From Phoronis australis (lineage: Eukaryota > Animalia > Phoronida), in contig NMRA01000163.1 of assembly GCA_002633005.1 (NCBI GenBank), positions 559,961 to 623,960 of the forward strand: a stretch of DNA of 64,000 bases, written 5' to 3'. Positions 50,201 to 62,200 of this stretch are shown piece by piece. Position 1 is the stretch's first letter, and each line of letters opens with the position of its first letter. The notes under the pieces were generated by a model. That model did no database searches. It was given only the letters and a program-made list of their open reading frames with translations, and was not told where the DNA came from. Made by a program: the position numbers and the translations under genes.

Positions 50201-53200
50201 TAAAGAAGTGACCCAAATTTTGCCACAAAAGTTGCATTAACTTTGTACTGCTTAACTCTATTTTAATACATTTTTATTTTTTTTATATGGGATGCATTAT
50301 CTTTCCTATGATATTGGATAATTTCCTTAAAACGAAAAGAATTGGTTCGACTGCCCTATTGCAAAACTACTCTTCGGTCTTTCCCCCTTGATGCTCAATA
50401 ATTATTGGAAGACAATATAACGACGTAACATCTCAATCACCCCTGCTCGAGCAGCCAGATATTGCTCAAAATTTTACCATTAGGCCTACACTGAATAAAT
50501 TCTATCGAGAATTCAGCTGAGAAATGTGTCTGCCTCACGATACCACAATAGTACTGAAATGTTTGCCCTCCAACGTTGGCGGATGACCTAATTGGTGACG
50601 TCATGTGAAAACACTATACATGATCTCGTGCTGTAAGTGATTAATAAAACTGGACTTATTCTTTGAAATGAATGAGCCAAACGGGATTCATTGGTTTTTT
50701 CTGTCAGTTTTGGTTAGTCCTTCCTAACACTTGATGTACCATTGTCTTTTCGACTTAATAGTACCAGGTGACATTAATGAAAGCAAAGTCTAACTGCAGT
50801 TTCTGAAGATTTATTCACTGGAGAAATGGCAAAAACTTGCATTGAAATTCATGGTTTTTCGTCAAAATGTAATGTTTTAGGCAAAAAATACGACATTTAG
50901 GATCTATTGTACTTTGGTTGGTTCTATAACAATTTCTTTATTTACTTTTTCTTTTTTTGGTTCTCGTCACGACTTCGACGACTGCGATTTCCTTTTTGAA
51001 CATTACTGTGGCAGCCTACCTCATCTGTGGTATTTGTGTCATTAATCCTGTTGTGTTATCCAACATTTCAATCGTCATTGACATAAGATATAGTGCACAT
51101 AATGCGGGCGCACAGATCTTTCCGTTTTGATAGGACGCGTATGACGTGCCTCAGTGGCGACTGTTGCTTCGTTTTGATTCTGTGTTTGTCAAAAGAAATA
51201 ATTTAAGTTCTGAAACGAGACCACATGCACGTGTTGTACACGTCTCTGTAATTTTGTGGCGCGTTTTATCACGTTTGAAATCGTCTCAAATTTGTTTTAT
51301 TTCAGTTCAAATTTGCGATCACCCAAAAGAGTTCTGAATACATTTTGACAATATTCTGTGGCAGAAATGTTCCTTACATTATGCAGAACACGTTTTCTTT
51401 TGCTCAGAAAGTGACATTGCGTGCCACCGATTAGGCGTGCTACAATACGGTACGTCAGGCATTTATTACTGGAAAGAGAACGGTGCCATTACGTGGTGGA
51501 CGATTGTAAATTTGTGTGACACCTCTAGTCACTGTGAATTACGATTTGAAAAGGATCGCAAAAATATTTATTTTCTTGATTCATTGCAAAAGATGGATTG
51601 TTATGTTTGAAAATCTTGGTAAGGCTAAAACTGGATAGAAGCTCCTGGTCTCTTTCAAACTCATTTTGAGACGAACGCTCACCAACTAAGTTTTTAAAAA
51701 TTTAAAAAACGCTCCTCCCCCGCATTAATTTCAAGCAGGGCCTCGTGTTTTTGTGCTTTTATTTTTGAAAAGCTGCAAAAAGGCAGGTAAGCAAGGTTAA
51801 GCAAGGTTTGAGAAGCCATGATTTGCAAAGCGATGAGTAAAAGAAAACAAATCCCGTATCAGGTTTGCTCGTCTCAAGTGTATTTTCCTTTCTGAAAAAG
51901 TGAGCAATTAAACAAATACCGTACCACCAACTCGATTTTCGAAAAAGTAACTACTTTTTTGGCCTAATAAGCATTTTAGAACATCTTTCACCATTCAATA
52001 TTCAGTCATAGCTTGCCTTACCGTTCATCAGTCATAGCGTATTTACTATTATTTGTTTACAGTGTAATTAAAGTTGATAGTTATACAAGAGGACTTTGGG
52101 ACATTTATCAAAGCGTTCGGAAAGAGGGCGTAACTCAGGTAGTCCATTAATTAAACTATTAAAATATTCACGTGTCTTGTAAAACAGTTTTATCTGACAT
52201 CTAATTTGGCATCTGGGTTTTAACGTATATTCGTACTCAAGCATTGATAGCTGACTAAAGGTTAAAGAAGATGCTCTAATTGCACGCTCACCTATGCTAT
52301 TTAGAAATCTAAAATCATATGCTGAAATTTAAACCTGCTATTAATAAATTTCGATCTGCATTTTTATCATCGTTTAACTCTAGTTAAAAATATAACTATT
52401 AAATTTCTAAAACACACGGGAAATTGTCTACATCATCGACTTTGTCACTAGCAGACAGTGCCATTTCCAACTGGTAGTTGTTGAGTTTCGCGCTGCGTTC
52501 TTAGATTGCGGATCGGATCGGTCGAAATACAATTTGTTCTGAACTCTTTCGCTCGTATCTGAATTCTTCATTGTCATCCTTGTTATGGTAACCTTGCCAC
52601 TCATTTTCATCCAAAATGTTCTCACTCACAAAATGTCAAAGGTCCGCCGTTCAATATATTCGAACCACGGCGCAAAGCTGGCTGCGGGCCTGATGCTTAA
52701 TGTGTGAGTTACAATGCAGCTTCACTATTTTGTGTTCTCCTAATTATTTACGTTCACTGAACTCGACCGTGAACACCAAATAGTAAGAAAGGCTGTGATA
52801 ATTAACTTTTTAGAATCTGTTGCTCAATAAATATTTATTGTCTTTACTTCCAGCCCTATGCCCTCTGTTTGTTCAGAAATGACTTCATGGTGCACTGCCC
52901 AAATGAAGATGAGATGTGTTTGAAGCAGGTTGAATTTAATGTAATTGCTTCATCCTTGGCTTCTCTCGCTCAAGAAGTTTCAGGCTATCACAGGTTTGTG
53001 GTAAACGGAATATTAAAAACAGGTGTACTCACAGTGTTCGCCCAGGTTAACTCCACTTCCAAATTTTCGAAAGATATACTTTAAAATAACCAAACATGTG
53101 CTCTGTGCACCAACTGCTTCTAGTGCCTTCAAATCGTCTAGTTCTCCATGGACACTCGTTTACAAAGACAATTTGCTCCTAATGTACATGTTTCTCTCAC

Positions 53201-56200
53201 AAACGATGCACATCGCCTATGCCTATCTGATGTTTTGCGTGACGCTTACTCCTGCAGTGGCTGCCATGAATGTTACTATTAACTCGGGTTGATTCCCGCA
53301 TAATCTGACCTTTTAATTTTTGTTTTCAACACTCGTGCTCGACTCAATAGTCTCTCTCTGTTTTTTGGTTTCTCAATTTGAACAAGGCTTAATTCTTACT
53401 TTTCAGCGAATAGCAGAGTGCTCTAGCTTCATCCAGGGCCTAATTAGATAGCTGTTCATTATATAAAAAATATTCTGTGTTGAAGGAATAATTTAGTAAA
53501 CGGAGCTTTGTCAGTTTTTTGTCCATGTAATGCATGTCATGCGTTGTTGTATCATTTTACAGATTTTTGATGTCAAGTTATCTTGGCGTATTTGGTGAAG
53601 ACACGTTAAACAGTCGGGTATGTTTACTTATTAACCACATATTGATTAGCGCAAATGCGCGCCTATGCAAAGGTGTGCGAAGCATTTGCCGCAAATCCAC
53701 GCTACGGCCCACAAAAGGATGTGAATGGGGGTTGCTTGGATCACCTGTTGGAGTAGATGTTAACTTGATTTCAGATTATGTAATTAAAATGCCTTTAAAT
53801 GAATTATGGTCGCAAAATATTTACTTCGAATGGGATACCTGGCTGCACCTATAAGTCAGTCTTGGACACTTGGATTTGTGTCAGTTTTCTTCGTAAACTA
53901 ACACTAGCGAATTATCTTACTTAGATACATGTATGGTCAAATTATCTTCACATGTAACCACATACTTCCAGACTAACAAGGCATGACATTGTGGTGTAGT
54001 ATTGGTTATAAAAACAATGCGAAGTAACTATTTTTGCTTTGATAGCTTCCCCTTCTGTCCTGTCTCGTAATTTCTCTCTTTGTGGAACTGTTTTTGAGCC
54101 GACTCATGAAATGTCGTCCATTCCCATGACATGTTGTTTGGCAGTTCTTGGCAAGCCGACTCAACTTTTAATTTATGACATAACGTTGGCCTCAAAATAG
54201 TTCCTTACTCAGGTCAGAATTGATCTCTGAAGTGACATTGTTAGGCCATGTTCGACCATAAAATGACCTGCCTGGTCAAGCTGGTTTCTTAAACCTGCCC
54301 TCTGACAGCTGTGAACATTCAGTTCTTTTCAAGCCTAGGGTTCAGAAATTTGGTGTTACACACCTCTCAACTATAATCTGAAAAATTATTAAAATCTCGG
54401 TACTATAGCAAAGATACAAAATCTATGAGAAATATACCCATTGCTTTTAGTTACTAAGATAATTTGTTTGAATTATTTCTAGGCAGTAATATGCTAATAC
54501 TTACATGACTAAAACTTTATTTAATAATTGTGAAGTGAGAGCGTATGACAAATTTCTGTCTTAAATCTTAACTCAATTTTCATGAAAGAGACCCCAGAAG
54601 TCACGTGCAACTCATATAAGGGACTTTTTGTGGCTAACTTTAAAATTAGTTTTAAGCGGGAGATGGGTTCGCAGCAGTTTAGTTCAACTAATTCTAGCTG
54701 TGTGACTGCTTCTTCTGGAACATTTAACTGGTAGAAATAAGAGGATGCTACTTGAACCTTGTCAAAGCTCTAACGTTTATAGCCATTTATTACGTAGTTT
54801 GTTATTTCATCAACGCTTTTGTCCAGGGATATCCCATTGCCATTTCAATTTGTTTACTTCAGTGGAGTAGTTTTGACGTTGGCGTTTTTTCCTCTGTGAA
54901 AGATGTTCGATGAGAATTATTGTGTAATGCATCTTCTAATTTTTACCTAAACTAGATTTATTTTTATTTCTATGCCATTTTAATTTGACCGAGGACAAAT
55001 AGTTTCAATTACAACAAGTAATGCAGAAATAATCGAGAGTAAACAGTTTAAATGGTTGTTTTAGAACTTGTCAACGTTCAATTCAACCTGTCGTCTCTGG
55101 TAGGCCCACCATGTGAAACTTTGAATTCATTGAAACTCATTGATATTTCTTAGCTTCCACAAAATGATCCGAATGAAGGTATGGCGAAGGGACTCGTGAA
55201 GGCTTGGCAGCTCTTCGGACAGGAAAGGTACATTGTTTACGCCGTGCGTTTAAGGTTTTAACAACTGTCTCGGCTAAACACACACACTGGAATTTTTTTA
55301 GAAATTTCACTTTCTAAGATTGTGCGTTTGAGGATTAACATTTTCATAGATTTTATCCGCGGAACTCACACTTCTTTAAAAGCGCTCGTATTTCCGTGAA
55401 CATCTGCCAACAGCGAATTCCACCTCCAAAAATGTGAACTATTCCCTTGAGCGACACAAAAACATTGCATTTACTCTCAATTTAACCATAACCACTACTC
55501 TTCTTTGAAGAAGACATACATGTACATGTAAAAGAAGTTTCTGCTCGCGTACCTTTTCAGCAGTTCCTTGTGTTTGGTCTAGTGACATTTGCATTTCCTG
55601 GACATGTGAATCTTATCCTCATACGTTGACATCGCGATGCGTACTTGTACTCACCTTGATGTACGATATCAATAATTACAAAGTAACATCATATGACTAC
55701 AAGGGACCCTTGATGTCAACTCAGGCGACTTCATGGAGCTTGATTTATTGGATCTCAGTTATAAAACATTTCTTTTTTTCAGTGCAGTTATATTACTTGT
55801 TTGTTCGCAAGAAATTCGGAACATATTTGATCAACGTCAACTTGAGATTGCTATTATTCGACTTGATTCTCGCATCAAAGTCATTCGGAGAAGTTTGCGA
55901 CAAGTATGCGACAGGGCCTCAATGAATTCCATGAAAGACTTAGTCATGTAAGTACTCAAAACTGGTAGATGAAAACAGTAACTTTACAGTTCACATATTA
56001 GACATCTAAGACATCTGTGAAAGGGTGATTGTAACCAATCTATGGCTAGCGTGCGACCAAAATATTGCACTGTCAAATTTATTCACTCATATGTACAGGA
56101 GTTTTCAAAAAGCTGATAAATCCTCTTTCTGTTGAAACTGGCGAAATTTCAGAGTAAACATTTCAATTGATTTTCAAATGTTATTCGAAAAAATATTGTT

Positions 56201-59200
56201 CGTCTGATTTCTTCTCCGGTTGTCTCCTTAACTTCGACCATGCTACTTGTAGACAAATTTCGACGAAATCCGACAGGGGTCACTTTAGAAAAACGTGGCC
56301 TCAAGTCTATGGATCAGTTTAGAGGTACTATGGGTCACGTTAGTATCGTCTGTCCTTTTTAGATTCTGTTCTTGGGGCTGGCATAATGAGTGTGATTTCG
56401 TCTGCTGACCTTAGTACATACATGTAACGTTTCGCACGGATAAGCGTTTGATTTAAATAGCTAACTGCATTTCAATTAAATTCACAAATCCGCTCTTGGA
56501 ATAAGTATTTTCACAATGTGTTTTCCCTGTTGTCGGTGACATTGTTGTTTTGATCTCTAACGTTAATTTCGGTTCGCTGCCTTGCGTTGTCACTGTGTTA
56601 GAAGCTGAATGCAATACGTACATGTATGTGCGCAATATTTCGACACCGTTTTAATGTGCCGTTTAGACGGAGAGCAATGACAGTGCAACATTTTTAAGCG
56701 ACGATGGCTGCGACGCACTTTCCTCATTTTGCTAGCAGATATTGTTTAAATGTTTTGGTGAGCTCCTATACCCAGCTCATGCAACCACGCTCACTGCACT
56801 CCGTAATTTGTGAAGGTTTTATCAGAAATTCATATTCATTTCTATATCCCAAGGTCTATTGTTGTCGCCTTCCATGCAAGCTAGTGTTTTCAGAATCCTC
56901 ATGGTGGTAGGTTAAAACACAGAAATCAACTCACCGTACCACATGCGCTTTACGTGTGTCCATGAGCCTATAATGAAGATGCGCCTGTATCCAGAATTAG
57001 GCGTACACGTACATATTCGTGCGCCTGTTTTGTGAAACACTAATGAGTAAGAGCCAATTTTCAAAATATTACGTGAGTGAACGTGGCATATCCGTTTTAA
57101 AATCGTAAACACTGAAGTGTGTATTCAACTCTGAAGTGTTAAATGAAAACTAGCCATTAGGCTGGACTTAAAAACCTAATCTTTTTAGACCACTGATCGT
57201 TTTGTAAGCAATAGGATTTTAAACTGTGTCCTGAAACATAAGAAACCTGATTTGGAGAGAAAAGCATGTTTAATTACTACATTAGTTAGAATTAAGGTCG
57301 AGATGCCTGAAATGGTCACGCGGAAAAGATAATGAACCCTATTTTAGTGATTTCTACCAATCGTTGTTTTATTCCCTGTTAATGCATCGTTAGGGCCGCC
57401 CTTGAGTGACAAAAAATAAAACAGGCGTGCATTAAAAGGACGTGAAAACCTCGCAAAGCCACGCTACATTTCGTGAGACATCGCCCTGTATTATAAACGA
57501 ATTACGTGAACACATTTAGCTTCGTCGTTTTTCATAGGTAGGCCAAAACCGGGTTTCGTACCTTGTAGATTACTAACAGTGAAGTCATTTATATTCTCTA
57601 AATTTGTTCACCTACTTGTTACACTATCGTCTCCACAACATGAGATGATTAGTAAGTTAGAAAAAAAACTAGTAACAATATGCGTCAGTGGGACCACTTT
57701 TATTCCAATCTTTTCTCGCGAAGGTTGTAAAGCGATTCACATCCACTTCTTTATCAAATCACTGCTAAGCCTATCTTGTGATGACTCCAATCCAAGAAAT
57801 TATCTAGCTTTTGAAAGAAGTATTTTGAAATCTTAATGAATTTCCAAGTCCAATTTCCTGTCTGGAGGGAGAATATTCCTTTTGAACCACTGTAGTACAA
57901 CTCTGGTAAAAAAAAACTTTTATACATTTGTACGTGGTGTGAGCATAACTTTGTATTTATTTAAAATCTTTGGACACATGAAACTTTTTCTGCTACACAT
58001 GGAATTTCATCTCTCTTAATCGAGCTCTAAAGCTTTTAAGCTTTAGAGCTTAAAAGGGAAATAGTGTGAACTTAATTATTTAGATATTCACTGAGTTAGT
58101 CAACACTACCGCCCATTGTCTTACTTAGTTCCGGTCAAATTAACTCCACGTGTAACCAGGTGCAGTATTTTCTGACGAAAAAAGCATATCACTGTCTTGT
58201 ATAACTGGGCATACAGCAATACCAGGTAACCATTTCTACTTTTGAAAACTTGTTATGCTTCCGTTGTTTGTAAGTTGTTCCTTTGGCGAATTATTTTTAA
58301 GCGAACTCACGAAATGTCGTCTTTCCATGACATATATTGGTGACAATTCTAGTAGGTGAGCCATCTCGTGGACGAGGCAGTCTCGCCATCTGGTGACAAC
58401 ATACCTAGATGAAAGCAAGGGTGATTCCTTTAAAGTTACTTTACCGAAAATTTCCCAGATTTTTTCTAATATCGACTTAAGCAAAAAGACAAATGTTCCC
58501 CGTGACCAATGCACCCCCGTATTCCTTCGCTTAAAGGCCAATATATCATTTTCCATTGTTCTCTAATGGTTCAACGTTTCCCAGGCAAATGGCCCCCACA
58601 CGTGAATTCAATTTCTGCGGTTAAATTGTGCCTTTTCGCGCATTAGATTCTTAAACTCATGTACTGTAAGTCAATAACCCCTCAATTAAGAAGTTCCAAG
58701 TGCTCATTGCGGTATCAACTAAAACTGCACGTTGAGTCGTTTTGTTGATTTTCAGAGATGACAATACTGTGGCTGTTACCTACTTCAGATCTGGCTATAC
58801 ACATCGAGCTTATCCGTCTGAAAAGGTTAGTTTGCTTTATTACCAGAGTAACGATGTGCTTTTAAAATGTGTGGTGTCATTCCGCATGTGAGCACATTTA
58901 TGCCCTTGGGTCTATGATTGAAGGTGCGGTTATATTATCCGGAATTTTCCCATGCGCCTGTGTATGAATCATTTGAATAAAATCATGTGAATGAAACTTG
59001 ACCTTCTGTTACAAAATGAATGGATTTCTCACGTTCTTCCATTCAGTGAGCCTTTCGGTGTGCCCCCATACTGCACACGTCTACACCTTACAGGTTATTT
59101 GCCCTCTTCGCGGACACTGTTATCAAATACACTCCTTGCTGTTATTCTGGGCTGTGTGAGATACGCATCTTTGACGTGGAGACGCGCGAGAAAAGCTAAT

Positions 59201-62200
59201 TTGATCATGTGCCTCGCTTGCAATGCATTGCGATATCTCGCGAAGGCTCACGTGATCTTGAATTTTTGCAAGTTTCCTGAAGCGAGTTTATAAAAAATCG
59301 CACGCGAGGTCCCACGCTGGTATGTTTTTAAACCTACGTCATCGGGAATTTCGTCACTCTAGTGGCTGTCCGATATTCGAATTATCGTTCTCGTTTCTGT
59401 ACGAAGCAAGTTTGCAACGTGGCATGAGGGCAAACACGTAACTTCCGCGAAAACATCTGTGCTGCAATAGTACATTCAGTAAATGTGCATCTTAAGTCCG
59501 TTACATGTGTACATGTATGTAGGGTACACATCTACAGCGTTTGTGACGATAATTGTGGATTAATATATGTTGTGGGTTATGATATCTCCATTCATGATAT
59601 GCAAGCCGATTTAAACTCGGGCGATATCACGAATATCGATTTTGTAACCCACAGTTATCATCACGTGCTCTTTCGGCAACGCTGTATATTCGAAGAGTCA
59701 AAAAAATTATGGCGGCCTTAGTCAAACAATTCAAAGTAAAAATATTATTTAGGCAGTTTGACTGCTTACAACATATGACATAAATGTAAAAGCGAAGTTG
59801 CACGTGTCTGAAAAACGACCACGACGTCGTCCACGAGCATAGTAGCCCCACAGGTTGGAAAACCCAGGTCTATGCCCAGCCACCCAGGACACTTGCCAAG
59901 CACCTGCGGCGAAACAAATTTGCTTACGGAACGGAAACAGTGAATTTTATGGCATAACTAATCATTCCAACGTCACCGACCAATCACTTCAGTGGGCGCC
60001 ATTTTTTTAGGGAACGTCAGAAGGCTTCCGAGCATACTCACCTTTCACTCTCGTGATCTTGCTTTTTCGCAAGATTCATGTGTCTACGGAATGCAACCCA
60101 GAACTTGAGTTCTTTGTTTAAACGCAAAATCAAAATACAACAAACAAACAACGTTTACGCGCGAAAAAGAACACAGGATACAACCTTCCGTAGGCCTATA
60201 TGGCACATCATGTGAAAATTACAGGTGATTACTGTAGGAGAAGTCAGGCGAGACCCACGGCCACTGTGATGTCTAAGGTACTACATGTAGTCGTGCGTTC
60301 AGTTTCATAACTAAAATGGATTCTATAAATTACGTCATGTAACAATGTTGTGAATGAACAGTAATTTATCTAACAACACTTTGCGATTGGACTTTTGAAA
60401 AAGCCCGGGGTAATGTTGCCACATTGATATCGTTGTTTATTCGCTAATAAGCAGGTTTAGAGTTTCGTAGAGACAAGAAGCTAGCAAAGATAGTGATTAT
60501 GTAGTTCTCTTGTAATACATGTACAGTACATGGCGATATCTCGCGCTCGTCTTGCATTTCCGCGAGATTCTCGTACCCCTGAAAATAGCTCGGCACACAA
60601 GTTGGTGATCTGAGATGCTTTCCGTAGTGCAAGTTTCTAGCGAGGAAGAGCGAGATCGGGCAAGACCAAGAGGGAGTTTCGCCAGAAGTCTCGAAACCTC
60701 ACCGGCGTAGACTAGCAAAGTGGTCGCCACTGAAGTAATTGGGAGGCGAGGCTGAAAAGTTTAGTTATTGGAGGAAATTTAGGCCTATGATTTCCGTTAA
60801 AGAGGTGAAGGCTTCCACTATGGCAAGTGTCACTACAAAACACTTCGTTTCCACTTGTACGGGCCGCAAGGTTTACGAAAACGCGCCTAGCTCGGACAGT
60901 GCTGCTCCCAAGTACGGACAGCACCAATTTCACTATCTAGATGCGGGACGTACACTGTAGAAGCGCAATTTCGCCACTAGGTGCATACTTAAGCTTAGAT
61001 TAAACTAATTACCAAATTCACTGTTTGTTTATTGTAGGAGTGGGCAGCGAGACTCCTGATTGAAAGGTCCAGTTGCATCAAGTGTCCATCAATTAATGTG
61101 CACTTGGCCGGAGCTAAGAAAGTGCAGCAAGAACTGTGTAAAAGCGGTGTTGTGGAGCGCTACCTGAAGGACGCTGATGCAGCAGCTAGGATCAGAGCCA
61201 CGTTCATGGGACAGTTTTCACTCGAAACTGTACGTATATGTGTAGGTTTACTTAAATTCCGACGGCGACACGGGGACCATTCCCATGATCCACTTTCTGG
61301 ATCCGCAAAAACAGTTCAGTGGTGGGCAAGAAGGCCATTATTGCAATATGGAAACTGACATGAATGTAGACGGTAAAAATATTTTTGTAAAGGGAATGAC
61401 TTTATGACATTTTCGGTTAGTATTTTAATTTACGCACGTTAAATTAAAAAATAACGTGCGTAAAACGGTGATAATGGGTGATAGTTCAAAACATATTCTG
61501 CCATGCGTTCCGTTGCCTGATTTATAGTGATGGCATTCAGTTGGTGGCGGTAAAACAAAAAGCAGGTGGTGGAAACGATTTCGTTGCCGAGCTTGTAAAT
61601 TCCAGCCTTGGTGAGGGAACTGGTCCCTGGAACTCAGGACTGAGTCCCCGGGACTTGGTCACGGAGTCGGCTCGTGCGTGTCGAAGAGTTTGTTGGCCCG
61701 AAAGGGTGCAATTGTATAGCTGGTTTGGTTTCTACTGCTCGGGCAACTGGTGCCACCGTAGTTGGAATTGACTGAGGCGCGGACGTGGGATCATTTCCGT
61801 TTCATGTAAATGGTACTGTAACGAAGACGTGTTGTATTCAATCAGTATTAAAAATCCCATCTCTCAAGTGGTGACCTCTATTGACTTCACGTTACTGTTG
61901 TGTCATCCATAGTGGTATCCGCTATGCAGCCTCAATGACTGTCGTCTTGTAGTGGGCCGCGTTCCGGCCGTAGACCCACTCGCAATGCAATTGAGACGTT
62001 TTCACTCATGGAACGGAAACACTGAAGTAATGTTTGCTAGAATCATTTCTTCCATAAATTACTTCACTGTTTCTGTTTCAAGCTAATTGACCTATCGCCA
62101 GGATTTAGAGTGACTGTTTAACTGACCAATCGGAATGCAGCATTCTTGACGCACCTTCATTTCCAAGCCGCATTATACCCGTCAAACAACACGTGGTCAG

